Assembly (NCBI RefSeq): GCF_006345805.1 | Contig: NC_043007.1 | Span: forward strand, 37,262,001 to 37,326,000 | Source: Octopus sinensis | Lineage: Eukaryota | Length of the DNA: 64,000 nucleotides | Direction: 5' to 3' | In this document: positions 23,759 to 37,445 of the stretch, one piece after another | How positions within the stretch are numbered: the first letter of the stretch is position 1 | Layout of the letters: each line of letters begins with the position of its first letter | Program-made: the position numbers and the translations under genes | Notes under the pieces: generated by a model | The model's database searches: none | What the model was told of the DNA's origin: nothing | What the model saw: only the letters and a program-made list of their open reading frames with translations

Positions 23759-26700
23759 TATACACACACACACTGTTGAAATACAAATTAGGACTAAATT
23801 TACATACAGCTTATAATTCTTTTGTCCGTAGCTATCATACTAAGTCTATGCTAGTGCACCAACTTTTAGTGAAGGTATACTTACACGTGTATAAATGTGT
23901 GTGTGTGTGTATGTATGTATACATGTATCTGTACACTGTGTGTGGATATATATGTTTATATATGTTTGTACACTCACATGCTCTATTTTCCAGCACATGT
24001 ACTACACTTCTGAGAGTTGGATTAAAATAGAGAGAGAGAGAGAGAGAGACTTCCTTCTTCCATTACTAGTTGTTGAAATAGACATTTTATGTTTGCCTAG
24101 TATTAAATTGATTTAAGTTCAAAAAAGACTGCTTTGCAGTGCCAAGTGAAATCTGAAGAATTTTGCATATGTATTGAAAGGTATTGGTTTCTTAAGGGTT
24201 CTGATGTTCATGACAGACTATTTGATTTCAAAGTTATTTTTAAGTTTTTATTTTTCTTTGAATTTTTTTTTGTTGTTCCAATTATTATGTATTCTAAGAC
24301 ACCAGCAGTAATATAACAAATGACAGAAAGAGTAAAGAACTAAATATTTAAAAGAAAATGCTGTAGTTTATGTTAGTAGTGTCATCTTACATTATGGCAG
24401 TAGGTGTGTACGTGTGGTTGCAGATATTATAGAAGTGTTGAATTGTTGCATCTGTGCATGTGTATGATGTGTGTTTATATTTTAGTCACTCAATCATGAT
24501 GGTGATGAAAATAACGATGCACGTTTCTTTAAAAATATCAATATACACGTCACAGAGTTTACGTACTAACATGCCACTGTGCATTGAGTGTGTTTTTTTT
24601 TTTGTTTTTTTAAAGTCTGGTACTAATTCTATTGGTTTCTTTTGCTGAACTGCTAAGTCATGGTTATCTAAGCAAATCAATACTTGTCAAGCAGAAAGAA
24701 GGAGGGGCTAGCACAAAGATGCATACACAAACATTTGTGCATGTGTGTGTGTGTATATCATCATCATCATCAACATTTAACGCCTGCCTTCCATGGTGGC
24801 ATGGGTTGGACAGTTTAACAGGAACTAGCCAGGCAGAAGACTGCACCAGAGTTCTGTGTCTGTTTTGGCATGATTTTTACTGCTAGATACCCTTCCTAAT
24901 GCCAATTACCCAGTAGAGTGGACTGAGTGCTTTTTATGTGGCACAAGTAAGGTCAGTTTGGCATGGTTTTTACAGCTGGATGCCTTACCAAATGCCAACC
25001 ATTTTAGTGTGGACTGCATGCTTTTTACATGGTACCAATATATATATATATATATATAGCGGCGTAAGTACACTTTGTTCTCTTAGTGGTTGGTGTTAGG
25101 AAGGGCATCCAGCCGTAGAAACATTGCCAGATCAGACTGGGCCTGGTGCAACCTTCTGGCTTCCCCGACCCCAGTTGAACCGTCCCACCCATGCTAGCAT
25201 GGAAAGCGGACACTAAACAATGATGATGATGATGCACATACATGCATCCCATCCACATACACACAATGAGCTTTTGTCTACTAGATTCACTCATAAGTCA
25301 TTTGTCAACCCTCCCTGAACTCTAGAAGACACTTGTTCAGTGGTTGCAAAGTGAGCTTACCACACAGCTTTACCTGCACCTATGTACAATACTTCTGATT
25401 TTTCTTTGCTTTCATGAGTGATGATGCTGTGTGATTCATTTGTTGAGTCATGAGCATCTTGTCCCTTTTTTGTTGATTACCTTATCCAATATGCCTTAGA
25501 GTTTGTTTTAGATTAGGTTGTAATTTGAGGAAGTTGGCTGTTATTTCTGACAAGTCAAGCAATGACCTTAGCTTACATATGTGGTTTGTTGTGCATGTGT
25601 AATAATGATGCTCTTGCTGTAGGGAATAATATTTTTATTATTTGGTGTGTTAAGCAAACATGTAACCATGCTACATGTATTTTTTGGTGGGCTGTGATTT
25701 GACATGGAAAATACTCTCTCAAAGTGTCACGTGTTGAAACACCTGAAAGTCATGGAGAGGCAAGGTAGTGGATTCTTTCACCTGTCCATGACGCAGTGCT
25801 TTGAGAGAGTTTTCTTCACCAAGCCAAATTGTGGCCTACCAGCAAATACATTAAGCATATGTGGTGGATAATGTTTATTACATTAGTGCTGTTTCTATTT
25901 TGCATTTGAGCACACATACACAGTAAGCATATGTATATTATACACAATATTTGTATATATTGTGTCAAGATTTAAGGTTTCATAATTGCATTGCTTAAGT
26001 TTCCTGCCAGCCCAGGGTAATCATTTTATCATTGCATTTACTTGGGATGAAATTTAAGCAAGTTGGCTGTGAAATTTTGAATTTCTTTCACTTGTTCCTG
26101 CTGTAAAATGTGTGTTACTGTATGCTCAGTGCTGCTTTTGAAGCAAAACCATCCATTTGCAGAGGGACACTACAAGTTTTTTGGAGACAAAGGCTCATAG
26201 CAGCTGGTACTAAGTACAGTACATTTGTGCTGAGAATTGGCTGGCCTTGATGAATAATTATTTTTCTACCACTCTCTGTAGAGATAAACTAATGCATATG
26301 CATACACAATAACTGCTATTTGCATATATCTGTGTGTGTGTGTGTGTGTGTCTTTCTTTCTGTACACACTCTTTTGGTTCAGTCATTATGTACTGCCTTT
26401 TGACCGTAATCAACCCCAGTAAAGTCTGGTATTTCTTCAGCATTCTCTTTTTGCTGAACTGCTAAGCTAGGGAAGACGTAAAACCAGTGACAGTTGTCAA
26501 GTGGTGAGAAGCAAACACACAAATGCATGCTTGTGTACACATACTTTTTAAAACATAAATACTAGTTAGAAAGAGTATATTACATAAAAAAAAATCTAAA
26601 ATACCACATGAACAGTGAACATTAGTTGTGATCTGATTATTTGTAATTGCTTTCAAACCTTTGAATAATATTTTCCTTTTCTTATTATGATCATTGTTTT

Positions 26701-29120
26701 AATGTTAAGGAATGGAAGGATTTAAATTGCAGTAAATTGCTTTTCCTCTTGTAATGTCAAGGATTGGTCTACAGAATACAGTGAACTGTCACTCCTTTTG
26801 CAATGGCTGTTTGGATGGGTTTTGTGATAGTGAAATTAAGCAGGCTTGCTTCAGTCTGTCAACTTACCACTCCCTATGCGATGGTAGAGTTTTCTAGAAG
26901 GGATTAAACCCCTGATAGAAAGGAGAAGAATTATGAGAATAAAATGTAGTTTATAGGAAGATGTAAAGCCATAACACTGTTGCTATGGAGTTTTATAACC
27001 GGTCTGAGGCTCTTTACTGAAACGGTTTCTTTTAGACCAATAATAAAGGTTAAACTTAGTTTTACTCCTACTGTGTTGAGTTTTACAGTACTTCAACTGT
27101 TGTGGCTCTTACCTGCAGGACCTGTTTTCAATTAGGTAAACTGGGCTCCTTTAGAAATTCAAGTGGTTTTGAACAAGGACACAGTACAGTTTTGGTGACC
27201 TTGTTGTTAGTTATCTGCTTATTCCAGTAGTATTCAGACTGACAAATACCAACCCTACTCAACAAGTATTTAAAAATTTTTTCTCGTCCTTCCTCATAAG
27301 ATAGATTTTGCAGCTATATAATTCTTCTTTCTTCTCCAGTGTGTTTGTCAAGTTTAAAAGTGGAAACCATTTTAATTTGATGAAATATGATTATTTGTCT
27401 ACTCCCTTTTCAGTTCCTTCCCACGAGAAACACTATGTGACCCTATTTACCTAACCATCTATTCATTCTCATTGTTGATAGATGAAGAATTACAACAAGC
27501 AATATACATTTATTTATTAATACTTATGAGACCAACTTTGCCAGTCTATGGTCTTTTCATGATTGATAAAATAAACACCAGTTGTTATTGTTTAGTCCAG
27601 GTCAACCCTGATTATGTAGGCCATATAAAGACATTGCAACTGTGGAGATCTGGAAGTTCACTGTGTCCTGCTCTTTTTTAAGTTGGCAGTGTGTTTTAGG
27701 GGAATTTGGTTGCTGTTTTTAGTAGCTCTTCAACTACTTAGATGTTTTGTTGTCAGCTGATATACAGCATTAATTCAATAAACTTAATAAAATGCAAGGC
27801 ATTGTCTGTCTATGTTAAAAATCTTTTTTCACCAAATGACTACTAGGAAAATACGTGTGTGTGTGTGGTGTAGTGTTGCTGAATAGTGTAACCTACAAAG
27901 GCAGTTACCAAGTTTCTGTTGAAATACACTGCTTTTGTTTCAGTTATTTTGAAATTAATGATGTATATAGTAAAGTAACTCCATTATTAAGTTGATGCTT
28001 TGATTAAATATTAGGTTGGCTTCTGTGCCAGTGGCACGTAAACGGCACCATTCGAGCATGATCGTTACCAGCGTCGTCTTACTGGCACGTGTAAAAACAT
28101 TCGAGTGAGGTCGTTGCCAGTACTGCCTGACTGGCACCCGTGCCGGCGGCACGTAAAAGCACCCACTACACTCTTGGAGTGGCTGATGTTAGGAAGGGCA
28201 TCCAGCTGTAGAAACTCTGCCAGATCAAGATTCAAACCTGGTGCAGCCATCTGATTTGTCAGCCCTCAGTCAAATCGTCCAACCCATGCTAGCATGGAAA
28301 GTGTATGTTAAACGACGATGATGATGCTTGGAATATGAATTAATGTGAAATTTTGATGGAAGGTTTTAATTTAAGTCACTTTGAAACAGAAAATTTCTAT
28401 GATAGAACTAGCGGTAGTTTCAGACAAGTTGGTATCAAGAGTTAAAGCAGTGTTGTTTTTGTTAGCTACAGGTCAGTCCTGATTGAGCAGGCATATGATC
28501 AGAAGCATTCCAACCATGACCTGATTGCCTTGTCTGTTTGTATGAGAAACTACATAAATATTTTCTAAGTTGGCAGGGGGTGATTAGAGGGAAATTTGGC
28601 TCCTCTTGTTTGTTTAAAGCAGTGTTTGCTAACCTGTTATATGTAGTGGGAAACAAGATAATTTAATGGGAATGACTATATTTACTTCAAATTCTGAAAG
28701 ATGCAATTCTTGAATCTTCCTGACATACTGAAATGATGTTAAAATTTGGGATTAGGGATTATAGTTCTGTTAATTAGAGCACAAAAAATTTGTCTGGGTC
28801 TTAATGATTTTTTTCTTTTTTTTATGGAGCTACACACAGAGGGGAAAAACAAGGACAGTCAAACGGATTGTCGATTATATCGACTCCAGTGTGTAACTGG
28901 TATTTATTTAATTGACCCTGAAAGGATGAAAAGCTAAGTCAACCTCCGCAGAATTTGAATTCAGAACGTAGCGGTAAACGAAATACTGCTAAGCTTTTCA
29001 CCCGGCATGCTAACGGTTGTCAGCTCGCCGCCTTATGGGTCTTAATGATTTTCAGGCTTCTTACCTGTATGTGTGGGGTGGTCTGTGAGAAATAATCTCA
29101 TGGGAATGGTTTTATTTTCT

Positions 29121-29339
29121 TTAACCCTTTAGCATTCAGATTACTCTTAAATATGCTTATTTACAAGCATTGTTTTTAATAAATTGTGTATTATCTTTTA
29201 GCTTCAAGATTTCAATGCTGTGATTTTTTATTTTTAAAATGACATAGTAATTTTGGTGTGAGAAGCTGGATCTCAATGGTTTGAACATATGGAATATTTG
29301 GGCTTGATATGGCTGCTAGTTAGAATGCTAAATGCTTAA
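29121..29339. mobile_element. piggyBac-like MITE (TTAA-CCCTT termini)
   Basis: TTAACCCTTTAGCATTC … GAATGCTAAATGCTTAA. Similar TTAA-bounded elements at about 36531-36740, 44993-45416 (interrupted by a retroposon), 48197-48422 and 60015-60224. Confidence 0.65.
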
Positions 29340-30267
29340 AATAATTCTCAATTGCTGACATCTATATAATAATTTAATAATGTTAAAATTGAGAACAGGA
29401 AGCCATTAATTTGATGATTGAGATCACAAAAATAGGCCCTTGGGATCAGGAAAATGCTTTGTAGATAAATTGTTTGAATTAAGTGGAAGGATGGGATTTC
29501 AAGTATTTAATGCTGAAAATAAGGCATTATGAGATGAAAAGATCAGTCAATGACTAATATTGTTTGAATTATCCATGCAAATACAGTTATGTTTTGGTTT
29601 ATTATGACCTCCTTAGTGAATTGGACATTACTTACTGGTTCCACCACCACTTCAAGTACAGTAAGCATGCATGACAAGGCTTCTTTCAGTTTCTTTCTAT
29701 GAAATCCACAATCCACTTGCAAGCTTTGGTCAGCTTGAGGTTATAGTAGAAAGATACCATTCAGTGGGACTGAATCCGAAAGAAACCATGTGGTTGAGAA
29801 GCAAGCTTCCCACCACATAGCCACAGTTACATATGTTCATGATATTTACATGATACATATCAATATATGTTCAGAAACTAAATGTACAGACATGCACTTT
29901 CCCCACCCAGTAAATTTCTTAAGATTGTTCTCTTTGACATGGAATGCTTTTGGTCATAGTCTGCTCAATGAATGTTGACCTAATGTCAACCAATGACAAG
30001 CACATTCAGCATGGTCCTACATTATGCATCCACACACACACATTTAATCCACATGTACATACTAACACTTGGGAAGTTACACAAACATCTCCTACTCCCA
30101 GCATATTAACATGTAACCTGTTACTTACATTACATACTAGGCAGGCATAACATTGGAAACTGATCACTCTCTTCCCTGCCCTTCAACTGCAAGCACTCAC
30201 TCAAGTGGTAAGTTACACTCACACATGCAATACGTGATACCTATCTGCACATGATGGCTATCCTCTC

Positions 30268-30337
<70 letters not shown>
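30268..30337. repeat. (CA)n microsatellite
   Basis: Long, near-pure CA run. Many other (TA)n, (TG)n and (TAGA)n tracts occur across the window, e.g. 8790-8836, 13700-13736, 36130-36260. Confidence 0.95.
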
Positions 30338-30339
<2 letters not shown>

Positions 30340-30826
30340 TGAAACTCTGTCTTAGATTACATTCAGTCACATTTTACTGTTCAGTATAGAAGCTGGGGTC
30401 AGAAGTAGTTCAAATTTGGAACATTTCAACATGACCTACTTTTCTTTTGCCCTTGGGGGTGAACAGTAGAGAGAAAGAGAGTCTGTTACTTGTGTCCTTA
30501 GTAATTCCTACCTAGCCCCTTCTCTCATCCTATGATTGACTTCAAGCAATGAGTCTATGATGACTGCTTGTTTTTGTGTATGCATGTCTCCACTCCTTTT
30601 TTTTTGCTTCTTCTCTTTCAATTTTGTGAGGGTTTATTATTTTTTTTACAGGGTTGGATGTGGGTACTCTTCTACCACCCAGGATTCGGTGGAAGGGTTA
30701 TCTTTGGAATAATAAGATTACTGCTTATTAATTTTGTATCCCTCCCCCCTCTGAATTATTGATTTTGGCAGTTGGTAGTTTTAACTTCTGTGAAGTTTTG
30801 ATAACTTCTGGTTTTTGTTTTTCTAG

Positions 30827-30904
30827 TGATGAATATGGGGAGGAGCAAGGAAGAAGTTAACCATAAAATACAAAATTTGTTGGCATTCCATGGGACATGT
30901 AAAG
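30827..30904 (+). other. Putative internal exon, 78 nt
   Basis: Polypyrimidine acceptor TTTTTGTTTTTCTAG| and donor AAG|GTAACA. Purine-rich GAAGAAG/GGAGGAG enhancer-like content. Only one frame is open (MNMGRSKEEVNHKIQNLLAFHGTCK). Confidence 0.5.
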
Positions 30905-33788
30905 GTAACAAGTGCCAGTTGTTGTTTTGTATTATTTTTCCATGCTAGCATAGGTTAGCCAATTAGTCAAATACATTATTGAGGCACCTTTTTACAGCCA
31001 GATGCTCTTCCTGTCGCTAACTCTTACCTCTTTTTCAAGAAGGGGCTCTCTTATTCTGTATGTCTTCAAATGTGCAGATCTAATATATGATTAACAGAAA
31101 AGTGACAATACATTACTGCTTGTAGCTCAGCAATTGTTAAAGCACCAATGTAAACAATTACACATGTGCACACACATGTATACATACAATGTTTTATTTT
31201 TCAGTTACTGTCTACTAAATTTCAATCACAGTGCTAGTCAGTCTTGTGCTATAGGACAAGATACTTATTTACCCAAGTTACCAAGCACTGGTTCAATCGC
31301 ACAACCAAGCCCTTACCCTTATTTTGTTATAAGTATGCAATGGAATTTGTGGTGCTTATGCCTTCCCCAAGCACTTGTAAATGAACAAATCCACTTCTTT
31401 GATTGGGAATTGAAACCAAGTTGTGGACTAATAAACAGTACAAGGCATCTTCTCTGATACTTTAGTGATACACATTCCCATTTTTTTTTTGTCAACCTCC
31501 AGAATAATTTGGGACTTATGAAAGGAAAACTTATGAAAATGCTTTGGATGGGCAAAAGGTTAAGAAGTATCCATGAGTCAATCCTGATTGAATGGATTTA
31601 TGATTAAAAGCATTCTAGTCATGACCATACCATCTGCTTTTAGACAGATTTTTAGACATACTGTCCAATGCATCTTTATTTTGTCTACTTTAAAGTGTAG
31701 GTTGTGAATTGGGCCTATCACTGGTTCATTGCACTTCCAATAATAAGTGATGACTAAAATGGAATAACCGTTATATTTTTCTGTTTGACTCATCAGTTGA
31801 TTGGTAGTTTTCTTCCTGATATATACTAATGTCATCATTATTGTCCGGTATTTTGCATCCTTTTTTTATGCTGAAATGAGTTGGGTAGGTTTTCAGAGGC
31901 AGTGTCTAACAGCATGATGCCCTTGTTGCCAACCCCTTTTACTTACTGCTTAACAACCTGCAGGATACAGTGTACATGTTCTAGAGCTGGTGTGCACATA
32001 CTAACAGTTACACATATACAGTGTGTAGTGGTTGGCATTTGGAAAGGCATCCAGCTGTAAAAAACTATACCAAAACTGATGTGTGCTAGTGCCACGTAAA
32101 AAGTACCCAGCCTTCTGTGCAGGATGGTTGATGTTAGGAAGGGCATCCAACTATAAAAACCATGCCAAAACAGGCACAGAAACCTGGTGTAGTCTTCAAC
32201 CTGTCTGGCTCCTGTCAAACTGTCCAACCCATGCCATGGAAGGCAGACATTAAACGATGATGATATGTATGTACACACACACCCCTTTCACACTGTTTCT
32301 ATCACAAGACAATTGGTGAAATGAACAGGTTATAGTAGAAGGTGCCATACAGTAGGATGGAACCCAAATGCTTGTGGTAGTGAAGTGAATTTCTTACTAA
32401 ACAACCATGCTTGCCAAGTGCTTACCTCTTGCTCTTCAGTGATTCTGCTGTTTACAGCTGTAAAGTTATTTCTACCTAATACATGTTTACAACTAAATAG
32501 ACTGGTTCTATAAGGATTACATTACCATGAACATGTGTAGATACACACCTTTAATTTTTGCATTACACCTTACCCTTTTTTTAAAAAAATGCAAGGGGAC
32601 ATTGGGCAAAAGTGTTTGGGAAACAAAAAAGAAAAAGACTGGTCTCAGCTGGAGTGCTTTTGGCTGCAGGACTGCTTGATTGACCAGGGCTAATTGACAA
32701 CAAAGACAAAATTTCAATAGAAAATCAAGTGGCCTGCTTGTATATTGCCTCTGAGCAACATATAGTCAGGCCACATTTAAGAAGAGACTAACTCATCTCA
32801 TGATTAGCATTCTTACCATTGTGTACTTGTCGTTTGCTTTTACTTAGGTGGTTTTTAACCTATGTAACTTGGTCATTGAACTTATTAATTAAAGATTCCA
32901 GTAGATTTAAATACTCTATTATTAAGGTTTCTTCTTACTTTAGAAGTGGAATATTTCAATATAAAGTAGTGCTTGAGTTTTATTTATTGAACTTGCCATT
33001 GATCTCAGACTTATGAATTAAAGGCATTGCATCCATGACTGTTCTGTTTATTTTTTTTTTGCCCCCTCCCCATTCAAACAGTAAGTGTGGGTGAGGCTGT
33101 CTAAGTTTACTTCCCAACCATGCGGTTTTGGGTTCAATCCCACTGTGACATTTTTCTGCTTTAGCTCTGGACCAACCAAAGCCTTGTGAGAGGATTTGTT
33201 TGATGGAAACTGAAAGAAGCCCATTGTGTGTGTGTTTACATCTGTGCTTCTTGGAAAAAATTGTTCAATTACAAGCAGTGACATTGCTATCCTTTCCTCT
33301 GTCAGTAGATTATCTACTGGCTTTGTGACTTTGTGTGAAATAGACCCAATCTTTACTTGAAAAACAGGTGAGAGTTTGTGATAAAGAAGGGTGTCTTTAT
33401 GTAATACAATGCCTTAATGATATATTTGTCTAATCTATGCTAGCATGGAATAATAGACATAAAAATGAAAGAAAAAAAAAGGACTACATCTAGGGTTACA
33501 TCATTGTGTTTGTTTTCCTCCCCACTAGTTGACAACAGGTGTGTTTATGCTAGGCAAAAGATACTGATTGAATATGTACCAGACTTAGAAAAGAGAATAA
33601 GTACTGGGAGTGAGTGATTGATTTGTGTGATTGGACACTTCAAGGTGGTGCCTGAGCACGGCTGCAACCTACTTGCTTGAAACAAGTAAAAGATAAAAGA
33701 ACCAAATAGTGGCTTGTTTGACACCTCTCATTCATTCTCCCCAAAACTTTTTTTCTTTTTGTTCCTTATAAAATTCAGTTATAATTAA

Positions 33789-34394
33789 CCCTTTATGGGT
33801 CGGCAGGGTTGGAATTACACAAAAGGCCATTAGGGTCTTGAGGGACCCCTTTTATTTTTGAGCATTTCTGAACCATCCATAAAGTAGTACTTGTTTAATC
33901 TTGTATATATGTGTGAGTGCATGATACAGAAGAAATTTAGTACTTTATAGGTATATATTTGTAACTATTAGCGTTTAATGGAAGGGAATTAAAATATAAT
34001 TTATTGACTGAAAGAAATCATTTTTTTTTTTATTGTTTTATAAACTATACATATAGCACTAAATATAAAATAAAACAAAATTATTTAGTATATTGATTCA
34101 TACTAGTACAAATACAATGAAAATTGACTTATAAGTTCATCAGAATATCTGCAAAAAGAACAAAAAGTAATTTCACAAAAAGCCAATGGTGTCCAGTTGG
34201 ACCCCAATGACCATATATTCTATGCTATAACAACCATATGACTGGAAATTTTTAACACAAAATTTGTATGTGATTATATAAACTATTGACAATAAAAGAC
34301 ATGAGATAGAAAATCATTTAAATAAAAAATGTAAAAGTTACTTAACTTTTAAAATTTGCTGGAGTCCAAAGGGACCTCACCAGCCCACGAAAGG
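33789..34394. mobile_element. Non-autonomous piggyBac-like element
   Basis: TTAA on both flanks. Imperfect TIRs CCCTTTATGGGTCGG / CCAGCCCACGAAAGG. Internal palindromic GGTC…GGACCCC motifs occur three times. Confidence 0.7.
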
Positions 34395-35934
34395 TTAAGG
34401 AAGGCTTGATGACCCACTTTTCAGTGATGCAACACTACCAATAATGGAGGAATAAGTAAACGAATACTTAATCTCCATGTTAACGAAGGAATGATAGCTG
34501 TTTCAAATTTTAGAGTTTATAGATTAATAATTTTCCTTTTAGTTACACAATTTTGATTTCTTCATTTTCTACCGAGTTTACTTAGCTTAACCATAACTTT
34601 CTTTCAATCCCTACTGGAAAATATCCAAGTTGTAAAGAAAGAGAAAGAAAAATCAATGCAATAATTAAAAATTTTGTTATGTATTTTGGCTTGTGTGTCT
34701 GGTCACACTTAGTGCTATTAGTAGCATGTAACCCGGTGCAACCTAACTTATGGTTGGGCCATCGGTGACTAAACTGGCAACCCTGACAAGCCTGCTTGGT
34801 AAGGAGAGTGGTTTTTGTTGGATATCCTGCTGGATGAAAAACAAAACCTCCCAAAAGGGTAGATGAACTCAAGAGTCAATGGTCACCCAGCAACTAGAAG
34901 TGACAGATCCCTAGTCTTTTAGACACCACTCTAGATGGAAAACTAGTGTAACACCTGTGACTTTGTTTACACCTATGATGTAGACTACTTCTTTTTTGAC
35001 TAAAACAACTGTTTGGAGACTGGGATTAGTGCTGCACTGTGCAAAGCTATTCTTCACTTTAAAAAGCTTCATGCAGAGGCATCAGTTGATTTCTAACTGC
35101 TGTTAATGCCTCTGTTATATTTTGTATGCTATGGCTGGCTGTAGTCAAAAAAAGGCAAAACACTAAAACACTCAATGAAAAATTCCCTGATGGAATGAAG
35201 GCATGTGTCAAGCTTTCAAAACACCTGCTGCAAGATGTACCTCTCATGTGCAAAAGAGAATGGGTCCCAAGCAGGACTAAAAAGTCATGTTTCGGTGGCA
35301 TTTCTCAAAACTAAGTTGCAGCCATCATCATAACATATTCAACACTGGTAGCACATGGTACAAAAGGCTGTGCAGTGTTCAGTTACATCACATTTTTTTT
35401 ACATTATGAATTCAGATCTTGTCAAATTCCATTTGTCTTTCATCCTTCTGAGCTCAATGAAATAAATATGCAATGAGGGTTGCTTTTACTGTGGCTTTGT
35501 GCCTACAAAGCATTTGTTTTATATGAGAATATATAGTTCAGTATATTGACCCTTTTGACTGGTTTTATGATGCAAATTTTGTTTTAAAGTGATCTAAATA
35601 AAAACCTATCAAAATTTGATGTTTCTCTCCCAAAACCAGCTTAACGACAAAGCTATTTTATTAAATTCTTTCTTATCTTCAAAATTAAGTGAAATAAAGG
35701 CATTGGATGTGTATTGTTAGCTTGTATGAAAGACAGGACATGAGTAAATGAGGAGAGCATCTTGGTATTAAAGACATTTAGTTTGAAGTATCCAAGTGAG
35801 TTAATTGTGATAAGAGTAGATTGTTTGAACAAGAGGTAGGCAGTGTCCATTACCCTTTTACAGGGTCTCTGATACTAGCGGGAAGAAGGATAGAAGGTAC
35901 CCTGAAACAAACACGAGAAAAAGACTATATATTA

Positions 35935-36185
35935 CTCTTTTACTGGTTTCAGTCATTTGATTGTGGCCACGCTGGAGCACTGCCTTTCAGTCGAGCAAAT
36001 CAACCACAGGACTTATTCTTTGGAAGCCTAATGCTTATTCTAGCGGGCTGTTTCGCTGAACCGCTAAGTTACGGGGACGTAAACACACCAGCATCGGTTG
36101 TCAAGCGATATTGGTGGGGACAAACACAGACACACAAACATACACACACACACATACATATATATTATATATATATATATTATAT

Positions 36186-36248
<63 letters not shown>

Positions 36249-36422
36249 TATATATATATTGACAGGCTTCTTCAGTTTCCATCTACCAAATCCACTCACA
36301 AGGCTTTGGTCGTCCTGATGCTGTAGTAGAAGACACTTGCCTAAGGTGCCACACAGTGGGACAGAACCTGGAGCCATGTGGTTGGTAAGCAAGCTACTTA
36401 CCACACAGCCACATCTGTGCCT
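35935..36422 (-). mobile_element. SINE family A (reverse)
   Basis: Reverse complement of the 15937 copy, with an expanded (TA)n centre. Further reverse copies at about 41895-42240, 42910-43130 and 52405-52765. Confidence 0.85.
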
Positions 36423-36782
36423 ACAACTGTTTAGAGATTGGGATCAGCGGTGCACTGTGCAAAGCCATAGTGCATATGTAATGCATTAGCAGGTATAATA
36501 ATGTAATGCCTTGATATGCACAAATTTCTTATTCACCCTTTATCATTCATATTACTCTATCAAAAATAATGTTTATTTATTCTCAGTCTTTTAAATTAAC
36601 CTGGCTTTGAGATTTCGATGATGTGATTGTATATTTTTAGTGACATTGACAGATCTGGTTCCTCACCAGATCTGGCTCATTTGAGCATAAAACAAGAATA
36701 TTTGGGCCAAATAGGGTTCCTTTAAATGTTAAAGGATTAATCATCATAAAGATTTCCTAGACATCATTAGAATCAGTACATT

Positions 36783-36967
36783 ACTCTTTTACTTGTTTGT
36801 CATTTGACTGTGGCCATGCTGGAGCACTGCCATTAGTCGAGCAAATCGACCCCAAGACTTATTCTTTGTAAGCTTAGTACTTATTCTATCAGTCTCTTTT
36901 GCCGAACCGCTAAGTTATGGGGATGTAAATACACCAGCACCGGTTGTCAAGCGATTTGAGGGGACAA

Positions 36968-37004
<37 letters not shown>

Positions 37005-37224
37005 CATATGGAGGCGCAATGGCCTAGTGGTTAGGGCAGCGGACTTGCGGTTGGAGGATCGCGGTTTCGATTCCCAGACCGGGCGTTGTGTGTGTTTATT
37101 GAGCGAAAAAAACACCTAAAAGCTCCACGAGGCTCCGGCAGGAGGTGGTGATCCCTGCTGTACTCTTTCACCACTCTAAGGCGGTGCTCCAGCATGGCCG
37201 CAGTCAAATGACTGAAACAAGTAC

Positions 37225-37277
<53 letters not shown>

Positions 37278-37445
37278 AACACACATATATACGACGGGCT
37301 TCTTTCAGTTTCTGTTTACCAAATCCATTCACAAGGCTTTGGTTGGCCCGTGGCTATAGTAGAAGACACTTGCCCAAGGTGCCATGCAGTGGGAATCATG
37401 TGGTTCGTAAGCAAGCTACTTACCACACAGCCACTCCTGCACCTA
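36783..37445 (-). mobile_element. SINE family A (reverse) with a nested chimeric SINE at 37010-37225 (+)
   Basis: A family A tail (36783-36965) and head (37290-37445) on the minus strand flank a + strand family B head joined to a family A tail. Confidence 0.8.

Noticed and set aside
37010-37085. tRNA-like sequences (also at 40250, 62815, 15937, 21989)
   Set aside because: A/B boxes are present but the acceptor stem is not convincing, and each runs on into a shared repeat body. These are SINE heads.
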